Source: an uncultured Gammaproteobacteria bacterium
Lineage (GTDB): Bacteria; Pseudomonadota; Gammaproteobacteria; Legionellales; Legionellaceae
Direction of reading: 5' to 3'
Assembly (NCBI GenBank): GCA_963784615.1
Contig: CAWASG010000001.1
Location: 1,824,046-1,888,045 of the forward strand
DNA length: 64,000 nucleotides
Notes under the pieces: generated by a model
Seen by the model: only the letters and a program-made list of their open reading frames with translations
Databases searched by the model: none
Told to the model about the DNA's origin: nothing
Shown: positions 43,560-53,055 of the stretch, in pieces
Layout: every line of letters begins with the position of its first letter
How positions within the stretch are numbered: the first letter of the stretch is position 1
Position numbers and translations under genes: made by a program

Positions 43560-44377
43560 AAAAACAAGTTTTAATGTTTTCATTGAGTTTTCCGCTTTTA
43601 TCTCTTGCATTAATGACCTGCGTGCAGGCATCGACTTGGGATGATGTGTGGCTTACGCAAAATCAACAAGCACAACAGTTGATGGGCAGCCATCAATTTG
43701 CGGAAGCGGCGAAGCGATTTGAGGATAGTCCCTGGCGAGCCACGGCGGCTTATCGTGCGGGTCAATACGACACTGCCGCTTCGGGTTTTCAGTCATTAGA
43801 TACAGATGAGGGTTACTACAATCAAGGCAATGCGTTGGCGCACATGGGGCAATATGAAAAGGCCTTAAAAGCCTATGATCATGCATTAAGGCTTAATTCC
43901 AAGCATGAAGATGCGCAATTTAATCGAAAAGTGGTTGAAGAGTTAATTAAAAAAGATAAGCAAAAACAAAGCAAAGAAAATAAAGATAAACAAGATCAAA
44001 ATAAGCAAAACCAGGATAAGCAAAATCAGGACAAGCAAAACCAGGACAAGCAAAACCAGGATAAGCAAAACCAGGACAAGCAAAATCAGGACAAACAAAA
44101 TCAGGACAAACAAAATCAGGACAAACAAAACCAGGACAAACAAAACCAGGACAAACAAAACCAGGACAAACAAAACCAGGACAAACAAAATCAGGGTAAA
44201 CAAAATAAAGACAAGCAGAATAAGAATAAGCAAAAAGCGAATTTATCCGCCGCTGAAAGTGAAAAGCAACGCGCCAAGGAGCAGTGGTTACGCTTGATCC
44301 CGGATGATCCGGGCGGCTTAATGCGGCAAAAATTTATGCGAGATCACTTACGTAGACAACGTGGATGGGACCAATGA
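43556..44377 (+). CDS. batC: BatC-like TPR protein carrying a long KQNQD pentapeptide repeat
   Basis: Signal peptide plus TPR (YNQGNALAHMGQYEKALKAYDHALRLN), then about 15 copies of (D/N)KQNQ encoded by 15-bp DNA repeats. Start overlaps the batB stop as ATGA. Confidence 0.7.
   Translation: MKKQVLMFSLSFPLLSLALMTCVQASTWDDVWLTQNQQAQQLMGSHQFAEAAKRFEDSPWRATAAYRAGQYDTAASGFQSLDTDEGYYNQGNALAHMGQYEKALKAYDHALRLNSKHEDAQFNRKVVEELIKKDKQKQSKENKDKQDQNKQNQDKQNQDKQNQDKQNQDKQNQDKQNQDKQNQDKQNQDKQNQDKQNQDKQNQDKQNQDKQNQGKQNKDKQNKNKQKANLSAAESEKQRAKEQWLRLIPDDPGGLMRQKFMRDHLRRQRGWDQ
43975..44215 (+). repeat. 15-bp tandem repeat (CAAAAYCAGGAYAAR, about 15 units) within batC
   Basis: Encodes the (D/N)KQNQ pentapeptide repeats. 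In-frame and coding, not a CRISPR array. Confidence 0.9.
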
Positions 44378-44417
44378 TACAAGATATATACAAGTCAAGG
44401 GTTAACTTAGTGGCTGC

Positions 44418-44603
44418 AAGTGGCCCAGTACCTTCGGCGCAAACAGCGACAATGAACTTGCAAGGTGTGGTTGCGATTGCCCCCAGTACCTTCGGTACAA
44501 ACAGCAACAATGAACTTGCAGGTCGCGTCGTTGCGAGCGAAGCGCGGCAATCCAGAGTTCAGAGCACGGTACTCTGGATTGCCGCGCTTCGCTCGCAACG
44601 ACG
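44418..44603. mobile_element. rearranged MITE-A-derived element between batC and batD
   Basis: Perfect copy of the A core palindrome (44526-44603), preceded by two tandem about 40-bp copies of the A inner arm (CAGTACCTTCGG..CAATGAACTTGCAGGT). Lies inside the Bat operon transcript. Confidence 0.75.
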
Positions 44604-44628
44604 GAAACTGGCAGATTTTATCCAAATT

Positions 44629-46332
44629 GTGAAATTTATTGAAAGAGGAGATAAACGGCGGTTTGTCATCACCACTGGCATTTTTCTCTTTTTGTTTATT
44701 CTTTGCCAAGGCACTGGAATTGCTGCATCAACCATGCAAGTTGAGCCAGAGCAAATTAATGTGAATGACACCTTTCATTTAATGTTGACGTCTGACAATG
44801 CCCAGTCAGGCGGTTTGCCGAATCTCACGCCATTGCAAAATGACTTTACGATTTTAGGCACTGAACGTAGTCTTTCCTACAGTATGGTGAACGGGCAAAC
44901 CAATTCACGTAGCCAGTGGATAATTCTGTTGCGTCCCAAAAAAGTGGGCAAATTGGTCATCCCGGCGATTAAGATTGGTCAGGAACAAACACAATCGGGT
45001 GTTATCAATGTCAGTGGTGAAGGTGTTCCTTCTACATCGCCTGATCAAGTGCAAAGCGGCGCCGATGGGCTGATGTTAAAGACTGAGGTCAACACGCCTA
45101 ATCCCTATGTGAATCAGCAAGTGTTGTATACCGTCAAATTATTGAGTAATGCGCAGTTGCTAAACGCAGAATATCACCCGCCCAGCGTCGAAAATGCACT
45201 GATGATCCCCTTGGGTGATGGACGACATTATCAGACGCAGGTCAATGGTGAATTGTATGCAGTAGAAGAACAACAATATGCCATTTTTCCGCAAAAAAGC
45301 GGGCCACTTACATTGCACCCGCCTTCGTTTCAAGCAGCGGTTTATGATCAAGTCCCGCGACGAGTGACCGTTGAGGCCAAAACGACCCCAATAAACGTTC
45401 GTCCGGCGCCAACCGATTATCAGGGAATAAATTGGCTTCCTGCCAAGAAAATTACTTTGGCAGAAGTTTACGATCCGCCCAAGCAAACAATGCAGGAGGG
45501 CGATACACTAACGCGTACGGTGACTTTAACCGCAGTTTCCATGCCAGCGCAGTTATTACCAGCATTAACCTTCGCTGCGAATGATGATTTCAATGTGTAT
45601 CCTGAAAGTCCGGAAGTGAAGAATACGGTCAGACAGAATGAGCTTTTGGGCACATCAACTATGAAAGTGACTTACTTATTGAATCGCGATGGCCGCATTA
45701 CCATTCCTGCGCTTGAGGTTCCCTGGTTCAATACAGAAACCGGTAAAACAGAAATCACATCATTACCAGCGCATACTTTGATGGTTAAGGCCAACAAAGC
45801 GGCGCAACCTGCGAAAGCGAGCTCATCTTTATTGGGCAAAGCATCTTCGCTTTCATCAAAGACAACCAAGACGTCTATCGATAACACAACGACCACACCT
45901 GCCTTGCCCCGATCATTTGTATGGGCATTTGTGACTGGTTTTGGTTTGGCATTTGGGTTGATGGGGTTGGTCTGGTGGTTGTGGCCTGGCAAAGGGGTTA
46001 AACGCAATTCTCAGAGTTCAGCGGCGATTAAACGTTTGGAAGATGCTTGTCAAAAGAACCGCCCGATTCATGCGCGGGATGCTTTATTAGCATGGGCGCG
46101 TAGTCAATGGCCTGAGGCGAAAATTCTGAACTTGAATGATATTGCCATTTTAACACGTGATGCCTCGCTGAAAAAGCATCTTCAGGCGCTGACACAGGTA
46201 CTTTACCATTCGAAGCAAACTGCCGCGTGGGAGGGTGATGGCTTGTGGCGTTGTTTTAATGCTTATCGTCAACTTAAGCCCGGAAAAACACAAAAAGCGT
46301 CTACACGCCTTCCGCCGATCAACCCAGTGTAG
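44629..46332 (+). CDS. batD: BatD-like oxygen-tolerance protein
   Basis: The track ORF (44365..) starts inside a MITE-A derived element. Start moved to the in-frame GTG at 44629, giving a plausible signal peptide (MKFIERGDKRRFVITTGIFLFLFILCQGTGIAAS). Large periplasmic region and a C-terminal TM (FVWAFVTGFGLAFGLMGLVWWLW). Confidence 0.7.
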   Translation: MKFIERGDKRRFVITTGIFLFLFILCQGTGIAASTMQVEPEQINVNDTFHLMLTSDNAQSGGLPNLTPLQNDFTILGTERSLSYSMVNGQTNSRSQWIILLRPKKVGKLVIPAIKIGQEQTQSGVINVSGEGVPSTSPDQVQSGADGLMLKTEVNTPNPYVNQQVLYTVKLLSNAQLLNAEYHPPSVENALMIPLGDGRHYQTQVNGELYAVEEQQYAIFPQKSGPLTLHPPSFQAAVYDQVPRRVTVEAKTTPINVRPAPTDYQGINWLPAKKITLAEVYDPPKQTMQEGDTLTRTVTLTAVSMPAQLLPALTFAANDDFNVYPESPEVKNTVRQNELLGTSTMKVTYLLNRDGRITIPALEVPWFNTETGKTEITSLPAHTLMVKANKAAQPAKASSSLLGKASSLSSKTTKTSIDNTTTTPALPRSFVWAFVTGFGLAFGLMGLVWWLWPGKGVKRNSQSSAAIKRLEDACQKNRPIHARDALLAWARSQWPEAKILNLNDIAILTRDASLKKHLQALTQVLYHSKQTAAWEGDGLWRCFNAYRQLKPGKTQKASTRLPPINPV

Positions 46333-46361
46333 CGTGTCGACCTATAGACGTACCAGGGATC

Positions 46362-46488
46362 ATTCCCATTAAGGGAAATAATCGGACGTAGGTTGGGTTG
46401 AGCGAGAGCGAAGCCCAACAGGCCGGTTAAGCAGATGTAGAGTTGTGCTCATACTTGTTGGGCTTCGCTAACGCTCAACCCAACCTAC
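46362..46488. repeat. long-form REP (GCGAGAGCGAAG subtype) with a conserved CCATTAAGGGAAATAATCGG leader
   Basis: Downstream of batD. The right arm is degenerate (GCTAACGCTCAACCC). Confidence 0.85.
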
Positions 46489-46551
46489 GTCCAGGAATCC
46501 TGCAAGACAGTTGCTACGCGTAACTTAATGGTAATGACACAATGGATGCTT

Positions 46552-46806
46552 TTAGTAAGTGGGCGCGTTTGAGGACATGAGCTCCTCTTTAAGCTCAGCG
46601 ATTATTTTTCTTGGAAAATCCACTCTTTTTAGCTCATATTTTTCTGGATATGCCAGTTTATTTTTGATGGTTTGTTGGACCACATCTTGATTTGGCTCAA
46701 CTAGCTTGGGCCGATATTGTGGATTGAATAACCCCATATCTAACGTTGCTGCATAACGGTTTGTAAAGGTTGGTTTTGCAAAAAACGTTTGTGTTCTTTT
46801 AAACAT
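46552..46806 (-). CDS. hypothetical small protein (84 aa)
   Basis: ORF downstream of, and co-oriented with, the 461-aa gene. No recognisable family. Confidence 0.4.
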   Translation of the reverse strand: MFKRTQTFFAKPTFTNRYAATLDMGLFNPQYRPKLVEPNQDVVQQTIKNKLAYPEKYELKRVDFPRKIIAELKEELMSSNAPTY

Positions 46807-46841
46807 AATGAGTCTCCTTTATGGGTTTAGAGCTAGACGCG

Positions 46842-48227
46842 TTAAACGGGTACTGTCGGTTTTCTGCTACTATTTTTATCATAAATAGCATACGAGTTTG
46901 TCATTTTTTGTTTTAGGGCATCAACCAAAAGATCTGCTTGCAAGGGATTCATATAGATTTTTTTGTAACAGGATCGATAAATCTCCAAGGCTTCGTCATC
47001 ATTGGGTAGTCGTAACAAAGATGACTGGTGCGTTCTCTTGTAAGATTTAAGGATGTCTTGCTTTAATTGGGTAAAAAAACGCTCGTCGATGACGATATCT
47101 TGACTCCAGAGAAAAGCGGTTAGCATTGTGCTAAAGCTTCCTTCATGAAAACAGTTGGCTTGGAACGCCAAGTCTAAATTATCGGTTGCAAATGCCCATC
47201 TTAAGGTGGCTTCCATCAGGCTACCGATAGGAACTTCCTCTGGTGCGACCCAGTTGAGTGACCCGGAGTAAGGATAGACCAGTAAATTGCTTGGAAGCAC
47301 CCGTTTTGTGACTTCTTTGTCTGCCTGTAAGCCAATCGATGCAAAAAATTCGCCGATAAAATTCTTTCCTTTGTTGTGTGTATCGTAGATGTTGGATATA
47401 TGCTTTCCTTTTTCTGTAGTGGCATATACCTGAAATCGTTCATTTTCAGCGAAGTCCTCTATACAGAATGTCGTGATATTTGCTGGCAGCATTTCCTTTT
47501 CTAATAGTGGGTACGGTATATCTCTATATTTCAGACAAGCGAATTTTTTTCTAGGAAAATGTTGGGCCAGCCATATGGTTGAGCGGCCGCCGCCAAGAAG
47601 AATAATAGACTCAGGTACATCTGCACGTGCAAGTTGATACAATTCAGTATGTGAGCGCTCGGGAAAGCCTGACAATCCGTGCTTGATCCTCGGCGTGCGA
47701 AAAGAGTTGTAAAAAAATGTGTTATTTGGTGTTGTCCAACAGTGTCCATCAACCTGTACAAAGTAATTTTGGGGATTTCTCGTAATGATGGGAGAGCCGG
47801 AATAGAGAGAAATGCCTATATTTTTCAATTCACATTTAACGGCTTCGAGAAGATTTTTGTATTGTTTCCAGGTAATGGGTTTTTCTTCAGGTTGTTCGGG
47901 ATATATCTTTAGGAACTCTTGTTGAATATACCGAGGTAACCCATTAAGAGATTGTCCCCAGCTTAAATGATCATAATCGGGATGTATGTTATCCATCCAA
48001 AAGCGTGGCACGATAACACTTAATTCATTATGTGCTGCCTGGCCATGCATTTTCAGCGCGAAAAGGGAAAAAAATAACCCGGAATTGTTCACAATGGCAA
48101 TTTCTGGTCGGATGGGGTTAAAGAATCTGAGATGGCGACTTTGGTTAACCAATCTACCACCTATCGGGAGTAAGGGCGTTCTATCAAATATTGAGGGTAA
48201 GACAGTTTTGTCAAAAATAAAGCGCAT
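46842..48227 (-). CDS. hypothetical protein; tentatively a lysine/ornithine N-monooxygenase-like flavoprotein (K_oxygenase family)
   Basis: 461 aa. A mid-protein ESIILLGGGRSTIWLAQ resembles the NADPH-binding GGGQSAAE motif of IucD/PvdA, and HPDYDHLSWGQ resembles the IucD HPHFSWHPG segment. The N-terminal FAD motif is degenerate. Lower GC than its neighbours. Confidence 0.35.
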   Translation of the reverse strand: MRFIFDKTVLPSIFDRTPLLPIGGRLVNQSRHLRFFNPIRPEIAIVNNSGLFFSLFALKMHGQAAHNELSVIVPRFWMDNIHPDYDHLSWGQSLNGLPRYIQQEFLKIYPEQPEEKPITWKQYKNLLEAVKCELKNIGISLYSGSPIITRNPQNYFVQVDGHCWTTPNNTFFYNSFRTPRIKHGLSGFPERSHTELYQLARADVPESIILLGGGRSTIWLAQHFPRKKFACLKYRDIPYPLLEKEMLPANITTFCIEDFAENERFQVYATTEKGKHISNIYDTHNKGKNFIGEFFASIGLQADKEVTKRVLPSNLLVYPYSGSLNWVAPEEVPIGSLMEATLRWAFATDNLDLAFQANCFHEGSFSTMLTAFLWSQDIVIDERFFTQLKQDILKSYKRTHQSSLLRLPNDDEALEIYRSCYKKIYMNPLQADLLVDALKQKMTNSYAIYDKNSSRKPTVPV

Positions 48228-48305
48228 ATCCTTGTCTCTTTATTGATGGGGTACTGTTTGTCCAGTTTATGTCAAACATAATCAATACGCAATACGTAGC
48301 ATCAC

Positions 48306-48400
48306 TGCCATTAAGTTAAGGGAAATAATCGGGCGTAGGTTGGGTTGAGCGAGAGCGAAGCCCAACAAAACCGTCATGTTGGACTTCGTGCGCGTACACC
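48306..48400. repeat. long-form REP with leader; right arm decayed
   Basis: CCATTAAGTTAAGGGAAATAATCGGGCGTAGGTTGGGTTGAGCGAGAGCGAAGCCCAAC, then a degenerate right half. The copy is itself embedded in a larger inverted repeat (48296-48440), 50 bp upstream of tRNA-Leu. Confidence 0.8.
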
Positions 48401-48489
48401 AATCATTTTTTTCTTAACTTAATGGCAGCGATACGTAGCATAGTCGCTATTGACAGAAATGATATATTTCGATACCTTTGTCAGCCATT

Positions 48490-48573
48490 GCCGAGGTGGT
48501 GGAATTGGTAGACACGCTAGCTTCAGGTGCTAGTGGGGGTAACCCCGTGGAGGTTCGAGTCCTCTTCTCGGTA
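48490..48573 (+). tRNA. tRNA-Leu (anticodon CAG), type II with long variable arm
   Basis: Hand-folded as GCCGAGG/TCTCGGT acceptor, GTGGAATTGGTAGACAC D-arm, CTAGC-TTCAGGT-GCTAG anticodon arm (CAG), GGGGG-TAA-CCCC variable stem and GGAGG-TTCGAGT-CCTCT T-arm. Same architecture as E. coli tRNA-Leu. Confidence 0.85.
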
Positions 48574-48656
48574 TTTTAAGGCGCATATTTATTAAATATT
48601 AGACAGTTAGTGCCTGGTCATGATATCATTTATACTTTCAATCTGCGAATCCCTCA

Positions 48657-49526
48657 ATGCATTTTAATATTATCGGCGCTGGTCGTTTAGGTACTAGCCT
48701 TTCATCCGCGCTTATCAATCGAATGCAATGGCAGCTCACCGCTATTTGCAATCAACATTTGGATACCGCTCAGCATCAAGCTAGACTATTACACAGTGGG
48801 CAAGCTGTCGCATCGATTGATGCATTACCTCATGCGCCGGTTACGTTTATCACCACATCAGATGACGGATTGGCGGCAGTCGCTGAGGCGCTGGCCGCCA
48901 ATCCGTTTCTTAAGCCTGGTGATAGGGTCGTGCATTGTAGTGGTGTATATTCATCTGCGATATTACATCCATTGAAAAGCCGCGGATGTCTGGTGGCAAG
49001 TCTACATCCGTTGAAGGCTTTTCCTTCGAGAATACCTAACGCAGAGGCTTTTGCTCACTGTGATTGTGTGGTTGAGGGCGATGATCTGGTGGTGACTTTT
49101 CTTGCAAAGCTGTTTGGTCAATTGGGCGCAAAGGTGATATCCTTAAGTGCTGAAAAAAAACAGTTGTACCATGCGGCAGCAACGATGGCATCGAATTATT
49201 TGGTGACACTTGCAAGCAGCGCAACGTCGTTGTTGATTGATGCTGGAATAGAAGCATCGCAAGCAAAATTGATGTGTGAACGTTTAATGGAGAATAGTTT
49301 ACACAACATAAAGGGGAGTGCTCGTGCAGAGCAAGCGCTCACTGGCCCCTTGATGAGAGGAGATATGAATACCTTACTCCTGCATCTCAATGCCATTAAG
49401 AGCCCTCATATTGAGGGATTATACCGGGCAGCAGGGCTTGCCACGCTGCCTTTAACCAATCATAGTGATGATCACTTAGCGGCTTTAAATGCTCTGTTAA
49501 CTGAGTCGATATCATCGTTAAATTAA
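48657..49526 (+). CDS. Rossmann-fold DUF2520-like putative NAD(P)-binding protein
   Basis: 289 aa; N-terminal FNIIGAGRLGTSLSSAL is a GxGxxG dinucleotide-binding motif. Confidence 0.6.
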   Translation: MHFNIIGAGRLGTSLSSALINRMQWQLTAICNQHLDTAQHQARLLHSGQAVASIDALPHAPVTFITTSDDGLAAVAEALAANPFLKPGDRVVHCSGVYSSAILHPLKSRGCLVASLHPLKAFPSRIPNAEAFAHCDCVVEGDDLVVTFLAKLFGQLGAKVISLSAEKKQLYHAAATMASNYLVTLASSATSLLIDAGIEASQAKLMCERLMENSLHNIKGSARAEQALTGPLMRGDMNTLLLHLNAIKSPHIEGLYRAAGLATLPLTNHSDDHLAALNALLTESISSLN

Positions 49527-49543
49527 TACATAGGAGTCCCTTA

Positions 49544-49798
49544 ATGGGTCTGATTCAAACATTAAAAACGATTTTTTCTCGTTTTACAGGAAGCGCTTCA
49601 CAATCAGGAACCATCAAGTTTTTTGATCGGAAAAAAAGATTCGGCTTTATTGTCGCCGGGAAAAAAGAATATTTTTTCCATGCAACATCAACAAATCCGA
49701 ATGATTTCCGTGCATTACGTGACGGTGCGAACGTTACTTTTCATGTGATACAAGGTAAAAAAGGCGCACAAGCTGACAATGTTCAAGTGATTGTGTAG
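49544..49798 (+). CDS. cold-shock domain protein (CspA family) with a 20-aa N-terminal extension
   Basis: GTIKFFDRKKRFGFI ... FFHAT ... matches the RNP1/RNP2-type cold-shock fold. Confidence 0.7.
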   Translation: MGLIQTLKTIFSRFTGSASQSGTIKFFDRKKRFGFIVAGKKEYFFHATSTNPNDFRALRDGANVTFHVIQGKKGAQADNVQVIV

Positions 49799-49804
49799 TG
49801 ATGC

Positions 49805-49887
49805 GTAGGTTGGGTTGAGGCTGGTAAGCCGAAGCCCAACATGACGATTTTGTTGGGCTTCGGCTTACCAGCCTCAACCCAACCTAC
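49805..49887. repeat. REP-like palindrome between the convergent csp and secreted-protein genes
   Basis: Full GGTAAGCCGAAG-subtype copy. Confidence 0.9.
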
Positions 49888-49895
49888 GCGCCACC

Positions 49896-50822
49896 CTACG
49901 GTCTATTATAATTATCATACGCTCGTGGCTCTTCAACGAACGCTGTATTAAACGCACGCATATCAAGCACTGCGCCATCGAAATTCATAAAATCGGTTTT
50001 CATATCAGGTAAATTATAAAAACGAATATCACTCGCATCTGTTGCCAGTGTGTGCTGATGCGCTGTAGCCGCTATCTCCGCAACGCTATTGTCATGTGTT
50101 TTTACAAATGCTCGTCTGGCACGTAGAAAGCGCGCATTAAACTTGGCTGAATTCCATAATTGAGCATCGAGTTTATTCACGATACCGGCTAATTCAATAT
50201 ACGCTTTATCCGATGCGCAGACGATAAGCGTAGGGGTTTTTACCCAGGCGAGACTGAACCAGCTGCTCCCCTGCATTTCCAGGTGTTTTAACGCCGCAAA
50301 GCCCGTTAACTGCAGCTTCGCATGTTCGGCTAATTTGACATGTAAATGTCGACTCGTAACCCCACTGATATGGGTAAATCCATCGCCTCTGATTTCGACG
50401 TAACTTAACAGGACAGTTCCCTTGAGTGTCGTTGATCCATGATTATCAATGAGCAGTCGCTCAAGATTAGCACGCAAATGCTCGCCGGTTATTGTTCCAG
50501 TCCCATGATACTCGAGGCCATTCAAATAATGGGTGCGAATATCTGCTGATACGGGCTCATAAGGCAATGCAGGATCTTTTAATGAGAGGTATAAAACGCC
50601 CTCCACAACTTCAATTTTGATATTGGCAAGATCTTCCGGGTTACCTATCAGCGTTAAGGCTGGTTTATTGTATCCAGTATGTAAATTAACGTTGATGTTT
50701 CCGTGTATTTTAACAGCGGTAAACAATGGGATCGGCATGGTTTGTGCGGGGGAATGCTGGGGCTTTGCATAGCCGCCATGAATTAAAAATAAACATGTTA
50801 ACCCCAAAATCCACGCTCGCAT
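49896..50822 (-). CDS. secreted hypothetical protein (possible DUF2807 / beta-helix GIN-like)
   Basis: 308 aa with a signal peptide (MRAWILGLTCLFLIHGGYA) and a repetitive alternating beta-strand pattern. Confidence 0.5.
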   Translation of the reverse strand: MRAWILGLTCLFLIHGGYAKPQHSPAQTMPIPLFTAVKIHGNINVNLHTGYNKPALTLIGNPEDLANIKIEVVEGVLYLSLKDPALPYEPVSADIRTHYLNGLEYHGTGTITGEHLRANLERLLIDNHGSTTLKGTVLLSYVEIRGDGFTHISGVTSRHLHVKLAEHAKLQLTGFAALKHLEMQGSSWFSLAWVKTPTLIVCASDKAYIELAGIVNKLDAQLWNSAKFNARFLRARRAFVKTHDNSVAEIAATAHQHTLATDASDIRFYNLPDMKTDFMNFDGAVLDMRAFNTAFVEEPRAYDNYNRP

Positions 50823-50894
50823 CTCTCATCTTCCTGTTTACAATGATGTATCTACATTAGAGTAAGTTGGGCTAATGCGCAACTAAGTACGCCA

Positions 50895-51088
50895 TCCATT
50901 TAGTTTTGACCGGTTGATATAGGCAGATTAACACTATTTTGAACAGCGTCGTTGCGAGCGAAGCGCGGCAATCCAGAGTTCAGAGCACGGTACTCTGGAT
51001 TGCTTCGTGCCTCGCAATGACGCCACCTGCAAGTTCATCGTTACTGCTTATATTGAAGCTACTGGCGTGAACCGGTCAAAACTAAATG
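50895..51088. mobile_element. MITE family A, copy 2 (194 bp, about 99% identical to copy 1)
   Basis: Same terminal inverted repeats and core as 34029-34222. Confidence 0.85.
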
Positions 51089-51119
51089 GAAACGGTACTA
51101 AGTTAGGAGCGATGTACGT

Positions 51120-51166
51120 GTAGGTTGGGCTTCGGCCTTGGGACTTGGGACCTCAACCCAACCTAC
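51120..51166. repeat. compact REP variant
   Basis: GTAGGTTGGGCTTCGGCCTTGGGACTTGGGACCTCAACCCAACCTAC. Confidence 0.7.
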
Positions 51167-51180
51167 GTCCAATCTATGGG

Positions 51181-51684
51181 ATGAAGCAGTGCTTTTTCCG
51201 GAATAATACGTTAAACTTCTGGGCTATTAATACTCAACGTTGCGCGATACACATGGTTTTTGGAAGCAGCCCACAAGATACCCGTCCGCTCTTTTTTTCG
51301 AGTTGGAAAAAATACCTGCAAAAACACCCGCTCACGCCACTAGAGCAGCAGTTGGTAGCGGTGATGCTTGATCATCCAGAATATCATGCTTATTTGGAGC
51401 AATCGGCGAGTGCCGTTGCGTTTTCATCTGGGCTTGGCGGTATTGAACATGACAACCCATTTTTACATATGGGGTTGCATTTGGCGCTACGCGATCAAGT
51501 CACCCTCAATCGGCCTACAGGAATAGCGAGTATTTATAATACCCTGCTTGAGCAACATCCCAGCTCACATCATGTGGAACACATCATGATCGAGGCACTT
51601 GCTGCATGTCTCTGGGAATCCAATCGTTCACAACGCATTCCTGACGACGTTGCCTATCTGAATGCATGTAAGGAGCTTATTTAA
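51181..51684 (+). CDS. DUF1841-like protein
   Basis: The track ORF start (51145) lies in a compact REP variant, so the start was moved to MKQCFF. The [16 protein letters not shown] motif resembles DUF1841. Immediately upstream of ubiE. Confidence 0.5.
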   Translation: MKQCFFRNNTLNFWAINTQRCAIHMVFGSSPQDTRPLFFSSWKKYLQKHPLTPLEQQLVAVMLDHPEYHAYLEQSASAVAFSSGLGGIEHDNPFLHMGLHLALRDQVTLNRPTGIASIYNTLLEQHPSSHHVEHIMIEALAACLWESNRSQRIPDDVAYLNACKELI

Positions 51685-51686
51685 CG

Positions 51687-52439
51687 ATGGTTCATTCCAA
51701 GAAAAAAACGCATTTCGGTTTCCAAACGGTGGCACTAGAGGAAAAAGAAAAAAAAGTGGGGGAAGTGTTTCATTCCGTCGCCAAAAACTACGATCTGATG
51801 AACGATCTGATGTCACTTGGCATCCATCGTTTGTGGAAACAGTTTTCCATCGGCATGAGTGGTGTGCGCGCCGGGCAAACCGTGCTTGATTTAGCGGGCG
51901 GGAGTGGTGATTTGACCCGCTTATTGAGCCAGCGTGTCGGCGAGAAAGGTTGTGTTTACCTCGCAGACATTAATGCCGCAATGCTTGGGGTTGGTCGCGA
52001 TCGTCTAACGGATCTTGGGCTTTTGGATAATATTCGGTTTGTGCAAGCCAATGCAGAGTGCCTGCCTTTTGCCGATGATCGATTTGATTGCATCACGATG
52101 GCATTTGGATTGCGTAATGTGACAGACAAGCAGACCGCACTGGAGTCGATCTACAGGGTATGCAAACCCGGTGGCAAGGTGATGATTCTGGAGTTTTCAA
52201 CGCCGACGATTCCCGTTTTAAAACCGTTGTATGATTGGTATTCTTTTAATTTGTTACCCCGGTTGGGCCAGTTGTTTGCTGGTGACGCAGGTAGTTACCA
52301 GTATCTTGCTGAATCCATTCGCATGCATCCACCGCAGGATGAATTAAAAGCAATGATTGAAAAGGCAGGATTTGAAGACTGTTATTATCATAATTTAACC
52401 GGCGGCATTGTTGCGTTGCACATTGCGCACAAATATTGA
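51687..52439 (+). CDS. ubiE: ubiquinone/menaquinone biosynthesis C-methyltransferase
   Basis: 250 aa with the SAM motif [11 protein letters not shown], and the [34 protein letters not shown] UbiE N-terminus. Confidence 0.93.
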   Translation: MVHSKKKTHFGFQTVALEEKEKKVGEVFHSVAKNYDLMNDLMSLGIHRLWKQFSIGMSGVRAGQTVLDLAGGSGDLTRLLSQRVGEKGCVYLADINAAMLGVGRDRLTDLGLLDNIRFVQANAECLPFADDRFDCITMAFGLRNVTDKQTALESIYRVCKPGGKVMILEFSTPTIPVLKPLYDWYSFNLLPRLGQLFAGDAGSYQYLAESIRMHPPQDELKAMIEKAGFEDCYYHNLTGGIVALHIAHKY

Positions 52440-52446
52440 GACAACC

Positions 52447-53055
52447 ATGATTAAACAGTACGCGTTAACCGCCCTGCAAAAGGCGACCCATCATGCCCTG
52501 AGATTGGATGAATCCATGCCTGGCAAACTCGCGGCTCTCAATGAGCGGGTGTTAAATATCATTATCACGCCTTTAAATCTTGGTTTTTATATTCAATTTA
52601 TGGATGGGGAAATGATTTTTTTGGAAGAATACGCCGGCGATGTTGATACGACCATTCAGAGTAGTCCGCTGGGTTTCATCCGCTTAAGTTTGCTACCGGC
52701 ATCCAAAGTGCGTTCCTTGTTTAACGACAATATCCGTATTAGTGGTGATGTTGAACTTGGCCAGCAGGTTAAGCAGATATTTGATGAAATTGATATTGAT
52801 TGGGAAGGGCATTTGGCACAGTTTACTGGCGACGTCATTGCCTATCAACTTGGATCTTTTGTACGGAAAGGGATGGCTTTTAAGCAACAAGTTAGCCAAT
52901 CCATGCGGCAAAATATGACAGGTTTTTTACAAGAGGAATATCGAGCGTTGCCCTCTCGTGAAGAGGTTAGCGACTTTTTTAATGATGTCGATGAATTATC
53001 ATTGGATGTCGAGCGTTTGAGCGCTCATGTCAACTTGCTGGTTAACCGATCATGA
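52447..53055 (+). CDS. ubiJ: ubiquinone biosynthesis accessory factor UbiJ (SCP2 domain)
   Basis: Start taken at MIKQYALTAL. Sits between ubiE and ubiB as in the E. coli ubiE-yigP-ubiB order. Confidence 0.75.
   Translation: MIKQYALTALQKATHHALRLDESMPGKLAALNERVLNIIITPLNLGFYIQFMDGEMIFLEEYAGDVDTTIQSSPLGFIRLSLLPASKVRSLFNDNIRISGDVELGQQVKQIFDEIDIDWEGHLAQFTGDVIAYQLGSFVRKGMAFKQQVSQSMRQNMTGFLQEEYRALPSREEVSDFFNDVDELSLDVERLSAHVNLLVNRS

Noticed and set aside
43943-44233. Minus-strand 96-aa ORF (LILFVLVLF...) and the 15-bp repeat array as a possible CRISPR
   Set aside because: It is antisense to the in-frame KQNQD coding repeat of batC. The repeats are contiguous with no spacers, so this is not a CRISPR array.
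44365-44628. Annotated start of the batD ORF at 44365
   Set aside because: The first 88 codons translate a MITE-A derived palindrome and its duplicated arms. An in-frame GTG at 44629 gives a proper signal peptide.
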